DNA of 20,000 nt from an uncultured virus (IMG/VR IMGVR_UViG_3300008113_000043) (IMGVR_UViG_3300008113_000043), one strand, 5' to 3'. Shown: positions 1 to 8,846, counted from the first letter of the stretch. A program made the numbers and translations. Notes: generated by a model from the sequence alone, not told the origin.

Positions 1-1097
1 TGTAAAGCAACTACTCCAGTACACCCTAAAAATTGATTGGATGTTTTTGATGTATAATTTATTGTTATTGGATTATTCTTATCCAAATAAACAATTATTG
101 ATCCAGAATTTGGAAATCCAAATGTCGAATCTACATCCAAATACTTTTGATCATTTGTTGTTGGTGATGTTAAGTATGTTTTGGGGTGATATGAAAAGTC
201 ATCATCATTGATGCCTTCAGTATAATCTAAACTGATCTTATAATAAATTCTATTGTTTCTGAAAATTCTTTCTACATTCGTTACTGTACCTGTTGCTGAA
301 TTTATAATACCAGGGATTTCATCTTGATACAAAGTTAAATTAGTTAAATCTTCAGGTTCTCCTGATATTTTTTCCGCTATTATATCTCTAGTTATTCTAT
401 AGTCGGCATCAGATGCTTGTACTACGTAATCTCTTGGTTTGATTACTTTAGCACCAATACCAAAAATAGATTTAAATAAAATATCAAATGAAATATCAGA
501 TCCTTTTGTAGAATAAAAATCTTTTAATTTGTATAAAAGAGTTTTTTCATTTATAGATGGATAAAAATCAATACCTTCAAAACCTGGAGCAAAATGATAC
601 TTATATTTCTTAAAAAATTCTTTAAGAAATAAAGCATTTAGATTATAAACGATGTCACCAACTTTATGTTCTTCTGCTAAATTAGACTTTTCAAAAACTA
701 ACTGATCTTTTACTTCTGCCCTATAAGAAGTTATACCACTAAAAGATCTGGTGCATTCTTTGAATGAATTACTTGTTGAATACTTATATGATATTATTTC
801 ACCATTAATTTTTATTAATCCATTTTCTTTGGGGAAATCTTGTGTTGAAGATACAAATATTTCCGTGGAATTGAAAGTAACATCATTGTCTAATTTTGTA
901 TGGAAATTTATTTCCGCAATATTGTCTAATTTTATATACTGATCAATATTATTGAGAATATCTAACGGACCACCTTGATATTCTGATGAGTTATAGTATT
1001 CCTGTAAAAATTCTAAAATACGTGGAGATTCGTCAAATAAAAATTCTGGGATTTGACTTTTGATTAAATTTTTAGTTTTTATTCTAGAATTTAACAT
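1..1097 (-). CDS. Baseplate wedge initiator-like protein (gp7-like of T4-like cyanophages), partial, runs off the window start
   Basis: ATG at 1097 lies 4 nt past the gp6 stop. It reads MLNSRIKTKNLIKSQIPEFLFDESPRILEFLQEYYNSSEYQGGPLDILNNIDQYIKLD, which resembles the N-terminus of the large wedge protein that follows gp6 in cyanomyoviruses. Not in the ORF track because it has no stop in the window. Confidence 0.75.
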   Translation of the reverse strand, partial: MLNSRIKTKNLIKSQIPEFLFDESPRILEFLQEYYNSSEYQGGPLDILNNIDQYIKLDNIAEINFHTKLDNDVTFNSTEIFVSSTQDFPKENGLIKINGEIISYKYSTSNSFKECTRSFSGITSYRAEVKDQLVFEKSNLAEEHKVGDIVYNLNALFLKEFFKKYKYHFAPGFEGIDFYPSINEKTLLYKLKDFYSTKGSDISFDILFKSIFGIGAKVIKPRDYVVQASDADYRITRDIIAEKISGEPEDLTNLTLYQDEIPGIINSATGTVTNVERIFRNNRIYYKISLDYTEGINDDDFSYHPKTYLTSPTTNDQKYLDVDSTFGFPNSGSIIVYLDKNNPITINYTSKTSNQFLGCTGVVAL

Positions 1098-1101
1098 AAT
1101 A

Positions 1102-3009
1102 CTAATTTCTTATTAAATTTCCGTTTAAATAACTTGATGATACTATATATTGAGATCCAGAAACATCTCTTCCTGAAGAGATTGAATCTTCAATTAAGTC
1201 TAATTTTGATTTTGAGTTATCTAATTGTAAATATAAATCTTGTTTACCAATAATATCATTAGACTTTGGTATTGTAGAAAATTCAATAATATAGTTTCCA
1301 CCAACTTGCTTTGAGTTAAGTATATTAATTGTTGTTATTCTTATTTCACCTTTAACATAATCTATTACACCAACATCAGTCCTCACTATAACAGGTTCTG
1401 ATGAAGAACCTAGTTTAAATAAAAATAATCTTCCAGTTAATAAATCTTGGTTTGGAATATCACTAAAATATACAGTATCGCTTACTCCAGCAACATTAAA
1501 TCCAGATGATTTTATATTATATCCTTTTTGGTTTTTAACATAAAATTCATTTCCAAAACATACCTCATATTCTGCAAATTTTCCTATTTCAATTCTTAAA
1601 TCTCGCCTCATTGATATTTTTGTGATATTTGATGTTATAGAATCATCAGAATCATCTATTAATTTTAAAAACTTACTATATTTAAATCTTGAAGAATATC
1701 TATTTAATTCCGAGGACTTTGCATATTTAATTAAATTATCTAAAACTCTATTTCTTACCGTACTTGGAGATCTTGATAAGTTGGAGTTGTAATAAACTTG
1801 AGAATCATACTCAATATAAAGATATTTAAGATCTATAAATTCTGGTACAATACCAGCAACAGCATATTTTCTAAGTTTAAATTTTAAATTATCTTTTACA
1901 TTATTTGGAATAAACGCACCATTTTTTGGTTTTACTGCAATAAAAACTTTACCAAATTTTGGTGGATCTAACTCTTCACCTCCAAATACAGATATAGATT
2001 CAACTTCTGGATAAATTAATGGCACTAATGCCTCATAGTCTGCTGAAGTAACTGCTCTATTTTGTGCAGCATATACTCTTGGGGCAAACTTTTTTATTGA
2101 AGAAACTTCTTCTATTGGTTTCCCACCACTAGATCCTTCTATAGTGGTTATGAATGGTGTTGGTACTTGTAACTCGTCTCCATTATTATCTACAAAAGAT
2201 CCAGAAAATGTAAATTCTGATATACCATTAGAATTTGGACCAGAAGTTACTATGTAAGATGCTTCTATGAAATTCTTATCTTCTAAAGGAGTTCCAAAAG
2301 TACCATCACCAAATATTAATTCATATCTTTGATCACTTATTTCACTTAAAAAGAAAATTTTATCTGATGATTTTACTTCTGTTATATTATCTATAAAATT
2401 GAATATTCTTGTAACTGAACTTTGTATAGAATCTCTTACTAAAACTCTTATTGTAGAAGTGTCAATATTTGCATTATTTAAAACAAAATTCTGATTTTTA
2501 TTTAAAGAATCAACGATAAAACTACTTGATATTAATGAACCTTCAAGAACTTCTATATTATTAAACGATGCGATCCCATTTATAACTGGAACTGTTATAT
2601 CATCTGCTATAGAAAAAACGTAACTTTGTGCTCCAAATGATCTAGTTGTTGTACAAACTGGACCCTTTTTTAAAGTTACAGTAATCGCATTATCTGCTAT
2701 CCCAATAACATCTATAAAGAATGATATCCTTGCCTTTGAACAAACTACCGATCTTGGTAAATAACCAACATGCTTTGCTAGAGAAACTACATTTTCTCTA
2801 AGTGTAGCGGAATCCAAAAATACCTCATTACTCAACATATTTGCATTATATGATGAGATATAAGTATTATATGCTAAAATATCGATTAAAATTGATAAGT
2901 TAGATCCTTCAAAATCGTAATCTGTGAATGTTGAATTAGATCTTAAATAATCTTTAATCGATGTTTTTATCTGTTCAAAATCTAGATTTGAAAAATTTAC
3001 TAGTGACAT
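1102..3009 (-). CDS. gp6: Baseplate wedge subunit gp6
   Basis: 635 aa with T4 gp6-type motifs: LDFEQIKTSIKDYLR, DYDFEGSNLSILIDILAYNT, NEVFLDSATLRENVVSLAK and QNRAVTSADY. Adjacent to gp25. Confidence 0.95.
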   Translation of the reverse strand: MSLVNFSNLDFEQIKTSIKDYLRSNSTFTDYDFEGSNLSILIDILAYNTYISSYNANMLSNEVFLDSATLRENVVSLAKHVGYLPRSVVCSKARISFFIDVIGIADNAITVTLKKGPVCTTTRSFGAQSYVFSIADDITVPVINGIASFNNIEVLEGSLISSSFIVDSLNKNQNFVLNNANIDTSTIRVLVRDSIQSSVTRIFNFIDNITEVKSSDKIFFLSEISDQRYELIFGDGTFGTPLEDKNFIEASYIVTSGPNSNGISEFTFSGSFVDNNGDELQVPTPFITTIEGSSGGKPIEEVSSIKKFAPRVYAAQNRAVTSADYEALVPLIYPEVESISVFGGEELDPPKFGKVFIAVKPKNGAFIPNNVKDNLKFKLRKYAVAGIVPEFIDLKYLYIEYDSQVYYNSNLSRSPSTVRNRVLDNLIKYAKSSELNRYSSRFKYSKFLKLIDDSDDSITSNITKISMRRDLRIEIGKFAEYEVCFGNEFYVKNQKGYNIKSSGFNVAGVSDTVYFSDIPNQDLLTGRLFLFKLGSSSEPVIVRTDVGVIDYVKGEIRITTINILNSKQVGGNYIIEFSTIPKSNDIIGKQDLYLQLDNSKSKLDLIEDSISSGRDVSGSQYIVSSSYLNGNLIRN

Positions 3010-3411
3010 TTATCTAGTTGGTAGTAATACAAAGGTTAGTTGTTGTGGTAAAGCATCAATTCCAACTATATTATAAAATATTGACACGTTGAATGAATTA
3101 TTTACATAATCTGGAGTAACTTTAACATCAGTTAATCTCACTCTGGGTTCATAGTTTTGTATTGTGAGTTCTATTTCAGTCTTTAATAAATCTGCAGTAG
3201 ATTTATCCATATTTTCAAAAAGAAGTCTTGAAACTCTAGATCCAAGATTTCTTTGAAAAAATCTTTCACCTCGATTAGTTAAAATCAAATTTCTTACAGA
3301 ACGTGCAATAGCAGTTTCATTAGAAATTGAAGCAATATCTCTTGTTAATGGATTTAACAGAAAAGAATTACTAATATCTTTAAAACCCCTACTGACACGT
3401 TCCGTAGGCAT
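3010..3411 (-). CDS. gp25: Baseplate wedge subunit gp25 (GPW/gp25 family)
   Basis: 133 aa with AIARSVRNLILTNRGERFF and IQNYEPRV, typical of the gp25 family. Abuts gp6. Confidence 0.95.
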   Translation of the reverse strand: MPTERVSRGFKDISNSFLLNPLTRDIASISNETAIARSVRNLILTNRGERFFQRNLGSRVSRLLFENMDKSTADLLKTEIELTIQNYEPRVRLTDVKVTPDYVNNSFNVSIFYNIVGIDALPQQLTFVLLPTR

Positions 3412-3427
3412 GATTGTATATTATTAT

Positions 3428-3446
3428 AATTTATACATTATTTATT
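3428..3446 (-). promoter_or_regulatory. T4-type late promoter-like motifs upstream of gp25
   Basis: Minus strand AATAAATA (3446-3439) and TATAAATT (3435-3428), close to the T4 late consensus TATAAATA, just upstream of the structural operon. The region is AT-rich, so chance matches are possible. Confidence 0.55.
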
Positions 3447-3449
3447 ATG

Positions 3450-3758
3450 TTAAATCCAGCGTTTTGTTGGAATTGGTTCAGTCCCATATTCCCAATCATC
3501 ATAATCCTCATCATTTCTAATTTTTTGATGTATTTCATTTTGCATTTCAAAATTATGCTTCTTTGGTGTTGCATCATCATGATTAATTTCTCTAAGCATT
3601 CTGGATTTAAAAAATCCATGACCATGTGTAAAATGGGATCCTTCTACTGTAATTGGGTCTGCTTCCATATTTTCTATGGAATTGTAGTCAGTAACTAATT
3701 TAGTAGTTCCCCACATAGAATACATATAATCTTTGTCTCTATCTGGTTGTTTGTTCAT
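3450..3758 (-). CDS. Hypothetical phage protein
   Basis: 102-aa ORF co-oriented with its neighbours and filling the gap upstream of gp25. Confidence 0.8.
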   Translation of the reverse strand: MNKQPDRDKDYMYSMWGTTKLVTDYNSIENMEADPITVEGSHFTHGHGFFKSRMLREINHDDATPKKHNFEMQNEIHQKIRNDEDYDDWEYGTEPIPTKRWI

Positions 3759-3801
3759 TGTTTACTCTTAGTAGATTAACATAGAACTTTTTAAGGGGTT
3801 T

Positions 3802-4596
3802 CTATCCCTTAATAATATCACTTAAATTTTTTGCAAATTTATCTGAAGTTCTAACTCCATAATGAAACCCATCTCTTCCAAGATCTATTTTCTCTATTTT
3901 ATGAATATATTCTCTACAAAGTTTATCAAATGATTGTTGAATAGTTTGTCTTATTTTTAATGGATAAGAATTAATTTCATCAGAAATTACTGAATGAATT
4001 ATACGTACTTGACATTTAATTGCATGTTCTTCTACTTTTTTTACGCACTTTAAAGTATTTTTCAGGTTATCATGTAAATTTTTATGATGATTGTTTCGTT
4101 GATAATCTTCATTAGTATAAGGTGTAATTCTCCTTTCTTCATCAATTAAAGAAGTATCTAAAGATTCTTTTCTATCAAAATAACTCCAATGAACCACAAT
4201 AGTAGTTGGATTTATTTCGTTTATAACATTAATAACTTTTCTAGCAATCCAATCATTGCTTGCACCATCCATACTTATATTAATAGTTCTTAATTTAAGA
4301 TATTTTCCTAATTTTTTAACCCACATATGTTCATATGGACATCCTAAACCAAGAGTAAAACTATCACCAAAACACCAAACAGACCTTTGTAACATTTTAT
4401 ATGACATATCTGTAAGTTGGTCTGGCCATTCATCATCACGAAAACCTCTAGTATTAAATTTATAATTTACTTTATGTGGATAATGATTAAAATATGATTT
4501 AGATAAACATTCATCAAAACTATCTAAACCACTTTCTTCCCATTCCTGATTTACTCTGGTTGTTAAGATAAGGTCTGGTAAAATTTCGTGGGTCAT
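3802..4596 (-). CDS. SGNH/GDSL hydrolase-like protein
   Basis: Block I-like motif CFGDSFTLG, a G-A-S-N block and a C-terminal DGFH (DxxH). Start moved from 4662 to ATG 4596 (MTHEILP), 1 nt after the upstream stop. Confidence 0.65.
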   Translation of the reverse strand: MTHEILPDLILTTRVNQEWEESGLDSFDECLSKSYFNHYPHKVNYKFNTRGFRDDEWPDQLTDMSYKMLQRSVWCFGDSFTLGLGCPYEHMWVKKLGKYLKLRTINISMDGASNDWIARKVINVINEINPTTIVVHWSYFDRKESLDTSLIDEERRITPYTNEDYQRNNHHKNLHDNLKNTLKCVKKVEEHAIKCQVRIIHSVISDEINSYPLKIRQTIQQSFDKLCREYIHKIEKIDLGRDGFHYGVRTSDKFAKNLSDIIKG

Positions 4597-4597
4597 A

Positions 4598-5836
4598 TCA
4601 TCTTCTTTTTTCGTAAACGTAAACTTTTTTGTCTCTATCTGGAAAATAATCTTTCTGTTCACCTATTCTATTTAAGTCACTTGTAATGCAATGTAATCCA
4701 CCATCCCAAAAATATCTGTGCCTAAAATTAATTATATGTGGTGTTATACCATGCCTTTCAAAAGCATCAAAAACATTTTTATTATAACCATTACAAACTG
4801 CATTATGCTCATCTATAACTAAAATATTTACATCAAATACAGTTTCCTCGACATAGTAAACCCAATCATTTAACCAACTTTCAACAAAATCTGTAAAATC
4901 ATCATTTAATTCTTCACCTGGAACCCACCATTTTCCTTTATTTTTCTCTTTTAACTTTAAAAAACCATCTACTTTCTGCCAACTTTCTCCTGGTAAAAAT
5001 ACGGTTTCCCATCCAGGAAAAGTTTGACTATGTATATTTAAACCATTAAGACTTAAAATTAATCCTGGTTTTACTGGACAGAATGATGCATCTGTATGTC
5101 CAGATACTTCTCTTACGATATGATTTCTGTATTCACTAAAATATTTTTTAATATTTCTAGATGTCATTACTAAATTGCTTTTTTCATGAACACTGCCATG
5201 TATTAAATCTTTACCAATTCTTGTAGTAACTGCAGTGTTTACTGAATTATCTAATATTACCTCATTACCACAATTACGAACATACTCTTTTACTGTTTTA
5301 TATGAATCAAATTTTGGATTTGATGATGGGTGTGCCAGCGAAGATACTTTAAGAGTATTATAAAAGTCTAGTAAAAATACTTTTATTTCTTCTTTAGACA
5401 TATTATTATTAATTTGATTTTCAGTGAAACCAAAATCAACAATAAGGTCTACAAAATCAGATCCACTAAATGTATTAGTATCCAATAAACGCTCAAATGT
5501 TTTCATTAATTTTCCAAATGATTCATCTGGAGCAAAAAATCTAGTACCAAACATGCCAGTATAATCTCTTGGGCACATTGGTGGTGGATAATATTTTTCT
5601 GATCTCTCATCCAGATAAAGATCGAAATCATCTGATACATCAGTTCTTATAATTTCTACACCAAATTTTTCTAGTAGAGTAATTAATTTTTGATAATCCT
5701 CTTCAGTTTCTATTGCAATTCGTTCCATTACAGAACGAACCTTAGAATTTTTAATAAAACTGTAGAATTCTGGTGGATAACTTCTTCCAACCAAGCAAAC
5801 TTTTAATGGATCCCAATGTTGATAGACTGATAACAT
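4598..5836 (-). CDS. Amidinotransferase-family (pentein fold) protein
   Basis: 412 aa with WDPLKVCLVG, CPRD, RIGKDL, HTDASF, VNILVIDE and GGLHCITSD, in the same order as the motifs of glycine/inosamine amidinotransferases. Putative catalytic His and Cys are present. Confidence 0.85.
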   Translation of the reverse strand: MLSVYQHWDPLKVCLVGRSYPPEFYSFIKNSKVRSVMERIAIETEEDYQKLITLLEKFGVEIIRTDVSDDFDLYLDERSEKYYPPPMCPRDYTGMFGTRFFAPDESFGKLMKTFERLLDTNTFSGSDFVDLIVDFGFTENQINNNMSKEEIKVFLLDFYNTLKVSSLAHPSSNPKFDSYKTVKEYVRNCGNEVILDNSVNTAVTTRIGKDLIHGSVHEKSNLVMTSRNIKKYFSEYRNHIVREVSGHTDASFCPVKPGLILSLNGLNIHSQTFPGWETVFLPGESWQKVDGFLKLKEKNKGKWWVPGEELNDDFTDFVESWLNDWVYYVEETVFDVNILVIDEHNAVCNGYNKNVFDAFERHGITPHIINFRHRYFWDGGLHCITSDLNRIGEQKDYFPDRDKKVYVYEKRR

Positions 5837-5837
5837 A

Positions 5838-6290
5838 TTATTTTTTAAGTAAATGATAATCTTCTTGCAGTATTTCTTTCAAATAATCATCATCCCAATA
5901 CTTATAATAGTCTGTCCCTAATAATTTTTGTCTAAATTTTGCTAATTTTTCTTTTGGTTGACATAAAATTAAGTTAAATCGACCATTATTTGTTTGAACA
6001 CCACTAATATATGTATTTTTATCAGCAGTATCTTCAAAAAATTTATATTCTGGATATTCATTATTATAAAAAGAAACCCATTTTTGAATTTTTTCTAGTT
6101 CTAAGTCTTTCTCTACTATAAAAATAGCGACATCATACCCAGGAGCAGGTACAATATCGCTAGCAGAACACTCTTTTATGTAAGTTTTAGACTTAGAAGC
6201 AAATGGGCAAACTGAAAAATTACCTAGTTCAGGTCTTTTTTTAGATACATTACGGATCCAATGTTTGATATATGCTTCTTTTGTCCACAT
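5838..6290 (-). CDS. Hypothetical protein with CPFA motif (DUF1415-like N-terminus)
   Basis: 150-aa ORF; WIRNVS...LGNFSVCPFA resembles the DUF1415-type motif. The family call is tentative. Confidence 0.7.
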   Translation of the reverse strand: MWTKEAYIKHWIRNVSKKRPELGNFSVCPFASKSKTYIKECSASDIVPAPGYDVAIFIVEKDLELEKIQKWVSFYNNEYPEYKFFEDTADKNTYISGVQTNNGRFNLILCQPKEKLAKFRQKLLGTDYYKYWDDDYLKEILQEDYHLLKK

Positions 6291-6296
6291 AAATGA

Positions 6297-6452
6297 TTAA
6301 CCTTTTCCTTGTCCTCGATAGGGCTTGCGAGCACCATTACGAGACGAAGCGGCGTACTTAGTTCCATTACCCTGTCCTTGTCGAGACTTTTTCGGAGGTC
6401 CAGGAATATAAGATTTTGCCTTATAAGAACCAGTAGAAGATTTAGCGGCCAT
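6297..6452 (-). CDS. Small basic K/R/G-rich protein (51 aa)
   Basis: Hand translation: MAAKSSTGSYKAKSYIPGPPKKSRQGQGNGTKYAASSRNGARKPYRGQGKG. TGATG overlap with the upstream ORF, and a GGAGG Shine-Dalgarno just upstream. Confidence 0.85.
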   Translation of the reverse strand: MAAKSSTGSYKAKSYIPGPPKKSRQGQGNGTKYAASSRNGARKPYRGQGKG

Positions 6453-6604
6453 CAGTCAATTTCCTCCATTTGAATATCATTAGGGTTAATTTTTTCATTT
6501 TCATAGAACTTTAAAGCAAGTTCATGAAGGGCATCTGCAGTTTGATCATAAGTTAAATTCTCAAAAACCCTCTGCCCCTTATATAAAACATTAAAACGTT
6601 TCAT
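6452..6604 (-). CDS. Hypothetical protein (50 aa)
   Basis: MKRFNVLYKGQRVFENLTYDQTADALHELALKFYENEKINPNDIQMEEID, with TGATG overlaps at both ends. Confidence 0.8.
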   Translation of the reverse strand: MKRFNVLYKGQRVFENLTYDQTADALHELALKFYENEKINPNDIQMEEID

Positions 6605-7371
6605 CAGATTACGCGAGTTTTCTCGTGACCAACTCTAATGCGTGGATCGCACCAAGTTTCCATACCTGCTTCTTTTGCATCGAGACAGAACGAAACGTCT
6701 TCTCCACACATATCTTGAACGTTACCAGATTCAAAGACTTGCATCTTAGGAGCGAACCAGGGGTATTCAAGACGCTCAAAGACACCCTTACGGATCATTA
6801 CCCAACCAAATCCCGTGTAATCCACGGTAAAGGGTTTACGACGCTTAGAGATGCTCTCCACAGTTTCGTGATTCATTACACCACCATTACGGCGGAAATC
6901 TTCTTCATCTAACCAGTGAGCAACTGAAGTGGTGTGTCCATCTTCGGTTGCATACCATCCGCAAGCGATTTCTTTTTCGTCTCCTTCTGCTGGAACTGCA
7001 AGATCACACAGTTGCCAGAACTTTTCTGAGTTGAATACAATGTCATTATCAATCCAGAGTTGATAATCATATTGCAGTTTTCCATCCCAAGGTACTTGAT
7101 TAGGACCACGGAGAACATTTGCACCTAAACACTTACAACGTGCAAAGTTAACCATGGATGAATAGTCTTGGGAGATCTGAATACTCATCTGATTTTGTAC
7201 CATGTCAAAGCATAATTGTACAAAACTCTTTAGGAATGCATAAGAGCACCCACGACCAGGTAAGCAGAATACAATCGACTTACCACGCATTCTTTCTTTA
7301 ATTGCTTCATAATCCCACTCCTCTGCTGGTTTCGTTGGAGCAGTGGCTTTAACAGTAAATCCTTTTGCCAT
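6604..7371 (-). CDS. GT-A fold glycosyltransferase-like protein
   Basis: 255 aa with a DxD motif (WIDNDIVF), TGFGWVMIRKGVFE, GEDVSFC and RVGHEK, characteristic of GT2-like proteins. Confidence 0.75.
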   Translation of the reverse strand: MAKGFTVKATAPTKPAEEWDYEAIKERMRGKSIVFCLPGRGCSYAFLKSFVQLCFDMVQNQMSIQISQDYSSMVNFARCKCLGANVLRGPNQVPWDGKLQYDYQLWIDNDIVFNSEKFWQLCDLAVPAEGDEKEIACGWYATEDGHTTSVAHWLDEEDFRRNGGVMNHETVESISKRRKPFTVDYTGFGWVMIRKGVFERLEYPWFAPKMQVFESGNVQDMCGEDVSFCLDAKEAGMETWCDPRIRVGHEKTRVI

Positions 7372-7395
7372 AAGTTGAAATAACCTTCAATGTCA

Positions 7396-7424
7396 ATTTT
7401 ATCGTTCTATTTAGCGTTTGTCAA
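7396..7424 (-). promoter_or_regulatory. Sigma70-like promoter with a nested late-like motif
   Basis: TTGACA (7424-7419), 17 nt, TAAAAT (7401-7396). CTAAATA (7414-7408) lies in the spacer. Confidence 0.7.
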
Positions 7425-7588
7425 TAGGAGGAATTCTGAGAAATTTCGGGGTTTTGTTCCAATTCCTCATACTCATATCCTTCTTTTTCTCCAGTGAGAT
7501 GGTTCCACTTCACTCTGAATTCTTCCTCAGATAAACATGGAGATACACACTGATTCTTCTTATCATAAATGTGATAAATTTTTTCCAT
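7421..7588 (-). CDS. Hypothetical protein
   Basis: ORF track 7421..7615; the likelier start is ATG 7588 (MEKIYHIY), which avoids overlap with the upstream ORF. Confidence 0.7.
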   Translation of the reverse strand: MEKIYHIYDKKNQCVSPCLSEEEFRVKWNHLTGEKEGYEYEELEQNPEISQNSSY

Positions 7589-7595
7589 ATTAGTA

Positions 7596-7754
7596 TCATC
7601 TACTACTAACAACATTATATAGCATTGCTAGTGCAAAACCAATAGGCAGGAAAACCACCTTCGGATAACGGATAACCCAACCTGCAAGAATCACACGCCA
7701 AAAATTCCAATAAGGTTTTGGACGACCCTTATAACCATATACAGAGGCGTTCAT
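7596..7754 (-). CDS. Small hydrophobic hypothetical protein
   Basis: MNASVYGYKGRPKPYWNFWRVILAGWVIRYPKVVFLPIGFALAMLYNVVSSR, with a hydrophobic C-terminal half. Start uncertain. Confidence 0.6.
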   Translation of the reverse strand: MNASVYGYKGRPKPYWNFWRVILAGWVIRYPKVVFLPIGFALAMLYNVVSSR

Positions 7755-7986
7755 AGATGATCTCAAAAACTTTCTCATAACCATTTAAAAATAAAATCTT
7801 GGCAGTTTCTCGGAGGCATATCCAGATGTAGTATACCTCATCTATGGGAGTTATGGTAGTCCCATAGAGGTTATAATAAACATTGGAAAGACTTGGAAAC
7901 CTTAGCGACCTTAGCGACCTTATGGGGCATTTTTTTTCCTGGGAAATTTTTTTTATGAACATGAAATAACACACGCGAATTGTCAC
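7729..7986 (-). CDS. Possible small hypothetical protein; true start uncertain
   Basis: The C-terminal part (TTITPIDEVYYIWICLRETAKILF) looks protein-like. The 5' part crosses tandem repeats and homopolymer runs. Confidence 0.35.
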   Translation of the reverse strand: MTIRVCYFMFIKKISQEKKCPIRSLRSLRFPSLSNVYYNLYGTTITPIDEVYYIWICLRETAKILFLNGYEKVFEIIYERLCIWL

Positions 7987-8093
7987 CTCTGTAGGTTAGG
8001 GTAGTTAGGCATTTTAGCTAAGGGGGGCATCACGCCCGCCGCCATCACGATACCGTTATACCGCATAACTGTCAAATCGCCACGCACGAATAG

Positions 8094-8122
8094 GGGTGCT
8101 AAGTATAAAGAACTCAGCACCC
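8094..8122 (-). other. Stem-loop downstream of the last early-region gene
   Basis: Minus strand GGGTGCTGAGT-TCTTTAT-ACTTAGCACCC, an 11-bp stem with one G-U pair. Confidence 0.55.
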
Positions 8123-8134
8123 GCTAAGTGTTAA

Positions 8135-8305
8135 TCAGGGCAGACAACCGTTGGCGTCAAGTATACCAATGCTCAGGACATTATTATACAAACCAGCATA
8201 AAGTCTGCCGATTGCTAACCCGAACTGCTCATCATCTTTGCCTGCCTTTGTATCAACGCCAAAGTAGAAGATGGCGGCGAATTGTTGAGGAGTAGCGAAG
8301 CGCAT
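8135..8305 (-). CDS. Hypothetical early protein (56 aa)
   Basis: Hand translation: MRFATPQQFAAIFYFGVDTKAGKDDEQFGLAIGRLYAGLYNNVLSIGILDANGCLP. Confidence 0.65.
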   Translation of the reverse strand: MRFATPQQFAAIFYFGVDTKAGKDDEQFGLAIGRLYAGLYNNVLSIGILDANGCLP

Positions 8306-8331
8306 TGTGGTGATGATAATGTTAACGAAGG

Positions 8332-8353
8332 GGGGGCATTTCTGCCCCCGTTA
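8332..8353 (-). terminator. GC stem-loop, copy 1 of a 22-bp repeat
   Basis: GGGGGCATTTCTGCCCCCGTTA, identical to 10358-10379. The U-tract is weak here, so it may be a read-through or processing hairpin. Confidence 0.55.
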
Positions 8354-8356
8354 AGT

Positions 8357-8500
8357 TTACTCTTCAGGACCGAATGCACACTCTAGAGAGTACATTTCCA
8401 GTTCCTGATCATCATCATAGAATGATGCCCAATCCTCATCGGTGGGGATGTAAACCAGATCTTCAACCTGAGGGTCACAAACGAAAGGATCGAAAGTCAT
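8357..8500 (-). CDS. Highly acidic small protein (47 aa)
   Basis: MTFDPFVCDPQVEDLVYIPTDEDWASFYDDDQELEMYSLECAFGPEE, with its own promoter/leader cassette upstream. Confidence 0.75.
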   Translation of the reverse strand: MTFDPFVCDPQVEDLVYIPTDEDWASFYDDDQELEMYSLECAFGPEE

Positions 8501-8514
8501 GATCTCGTGGGGTT

Positions 8515-8592
8515 GTGCGGGTGTGTCCCGCTTGAAAGTATCCTACAGGGTAGGGGCACCCTAGAGCGCCCCCTGTAACAATCCTTCACACT
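8515..8592 (-). promoter_or_regulatory. Early promoter cassette: upstream box, GC hairpin, TAGGAT -10, leader hairpin
   Basis: Minus strand AGTGTGAAGGATTGTTAC, then a GGGGC...GCCCC inverted repeat, CTGTAGGATAC and GCGGGACACACCCGCAC. The parts recur at 9593-9647 and 8860-8876. Confidence 0.7.
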
Positions 8593-8846
8593 CCAGAGAT
8601 GGCGGCGATCAGGCGGTCGCGCTTGCGAATCTGATCGAAGTTCACAAACCACAGATCCCGCTTGCCATTATCGGCACGGGTGGCGGATAGTGTGCCCGCC
8701 TTCTCAAGATCAACCATAAGGGCGTGAATGGTGCCCTTGTGACGGCGAGGATCCAAACCCATAGAGCGCACAAGGTCGCTGCAGGTCTGGGGTCCGTCGT
8801 TGATCAGGCGGGTGCGGATTGCGGCGCGGATGATGGAAGCGAGCAT
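8586..8846 (-). CDS. Winged helix-turn-helix-like protein
   Basis: 86 aa; IRTRLINDGPQTCSDLVRSMGL...KGTIHALMVDLEKAGTL...DLW has the spacing of a wHTH domain. Confidence 0.65.
   Translation of the reverse strand: MLASIIRAAIRTRLINDGPQTCSDLVRSMGLDPRRHKGTIHALMVDLEKAGTLSATRADNGKRDLWFVNFDQIRKRDRLIAAISGV

Noticed and set aside
4598..5836. Cyanotoxin gene (sxtG/cyrA)
   Set aside because: Only family-level motifs are shared, and no PKS/NRPS or toxin-cluster genes are nearby.
8575..8590. Canonical NtcA or CRP site
   Set aside because: The spacing is off by one from GTA-N8-TAC and TGTGA-N6-TCACA, so it is kept only as an unassigned box.
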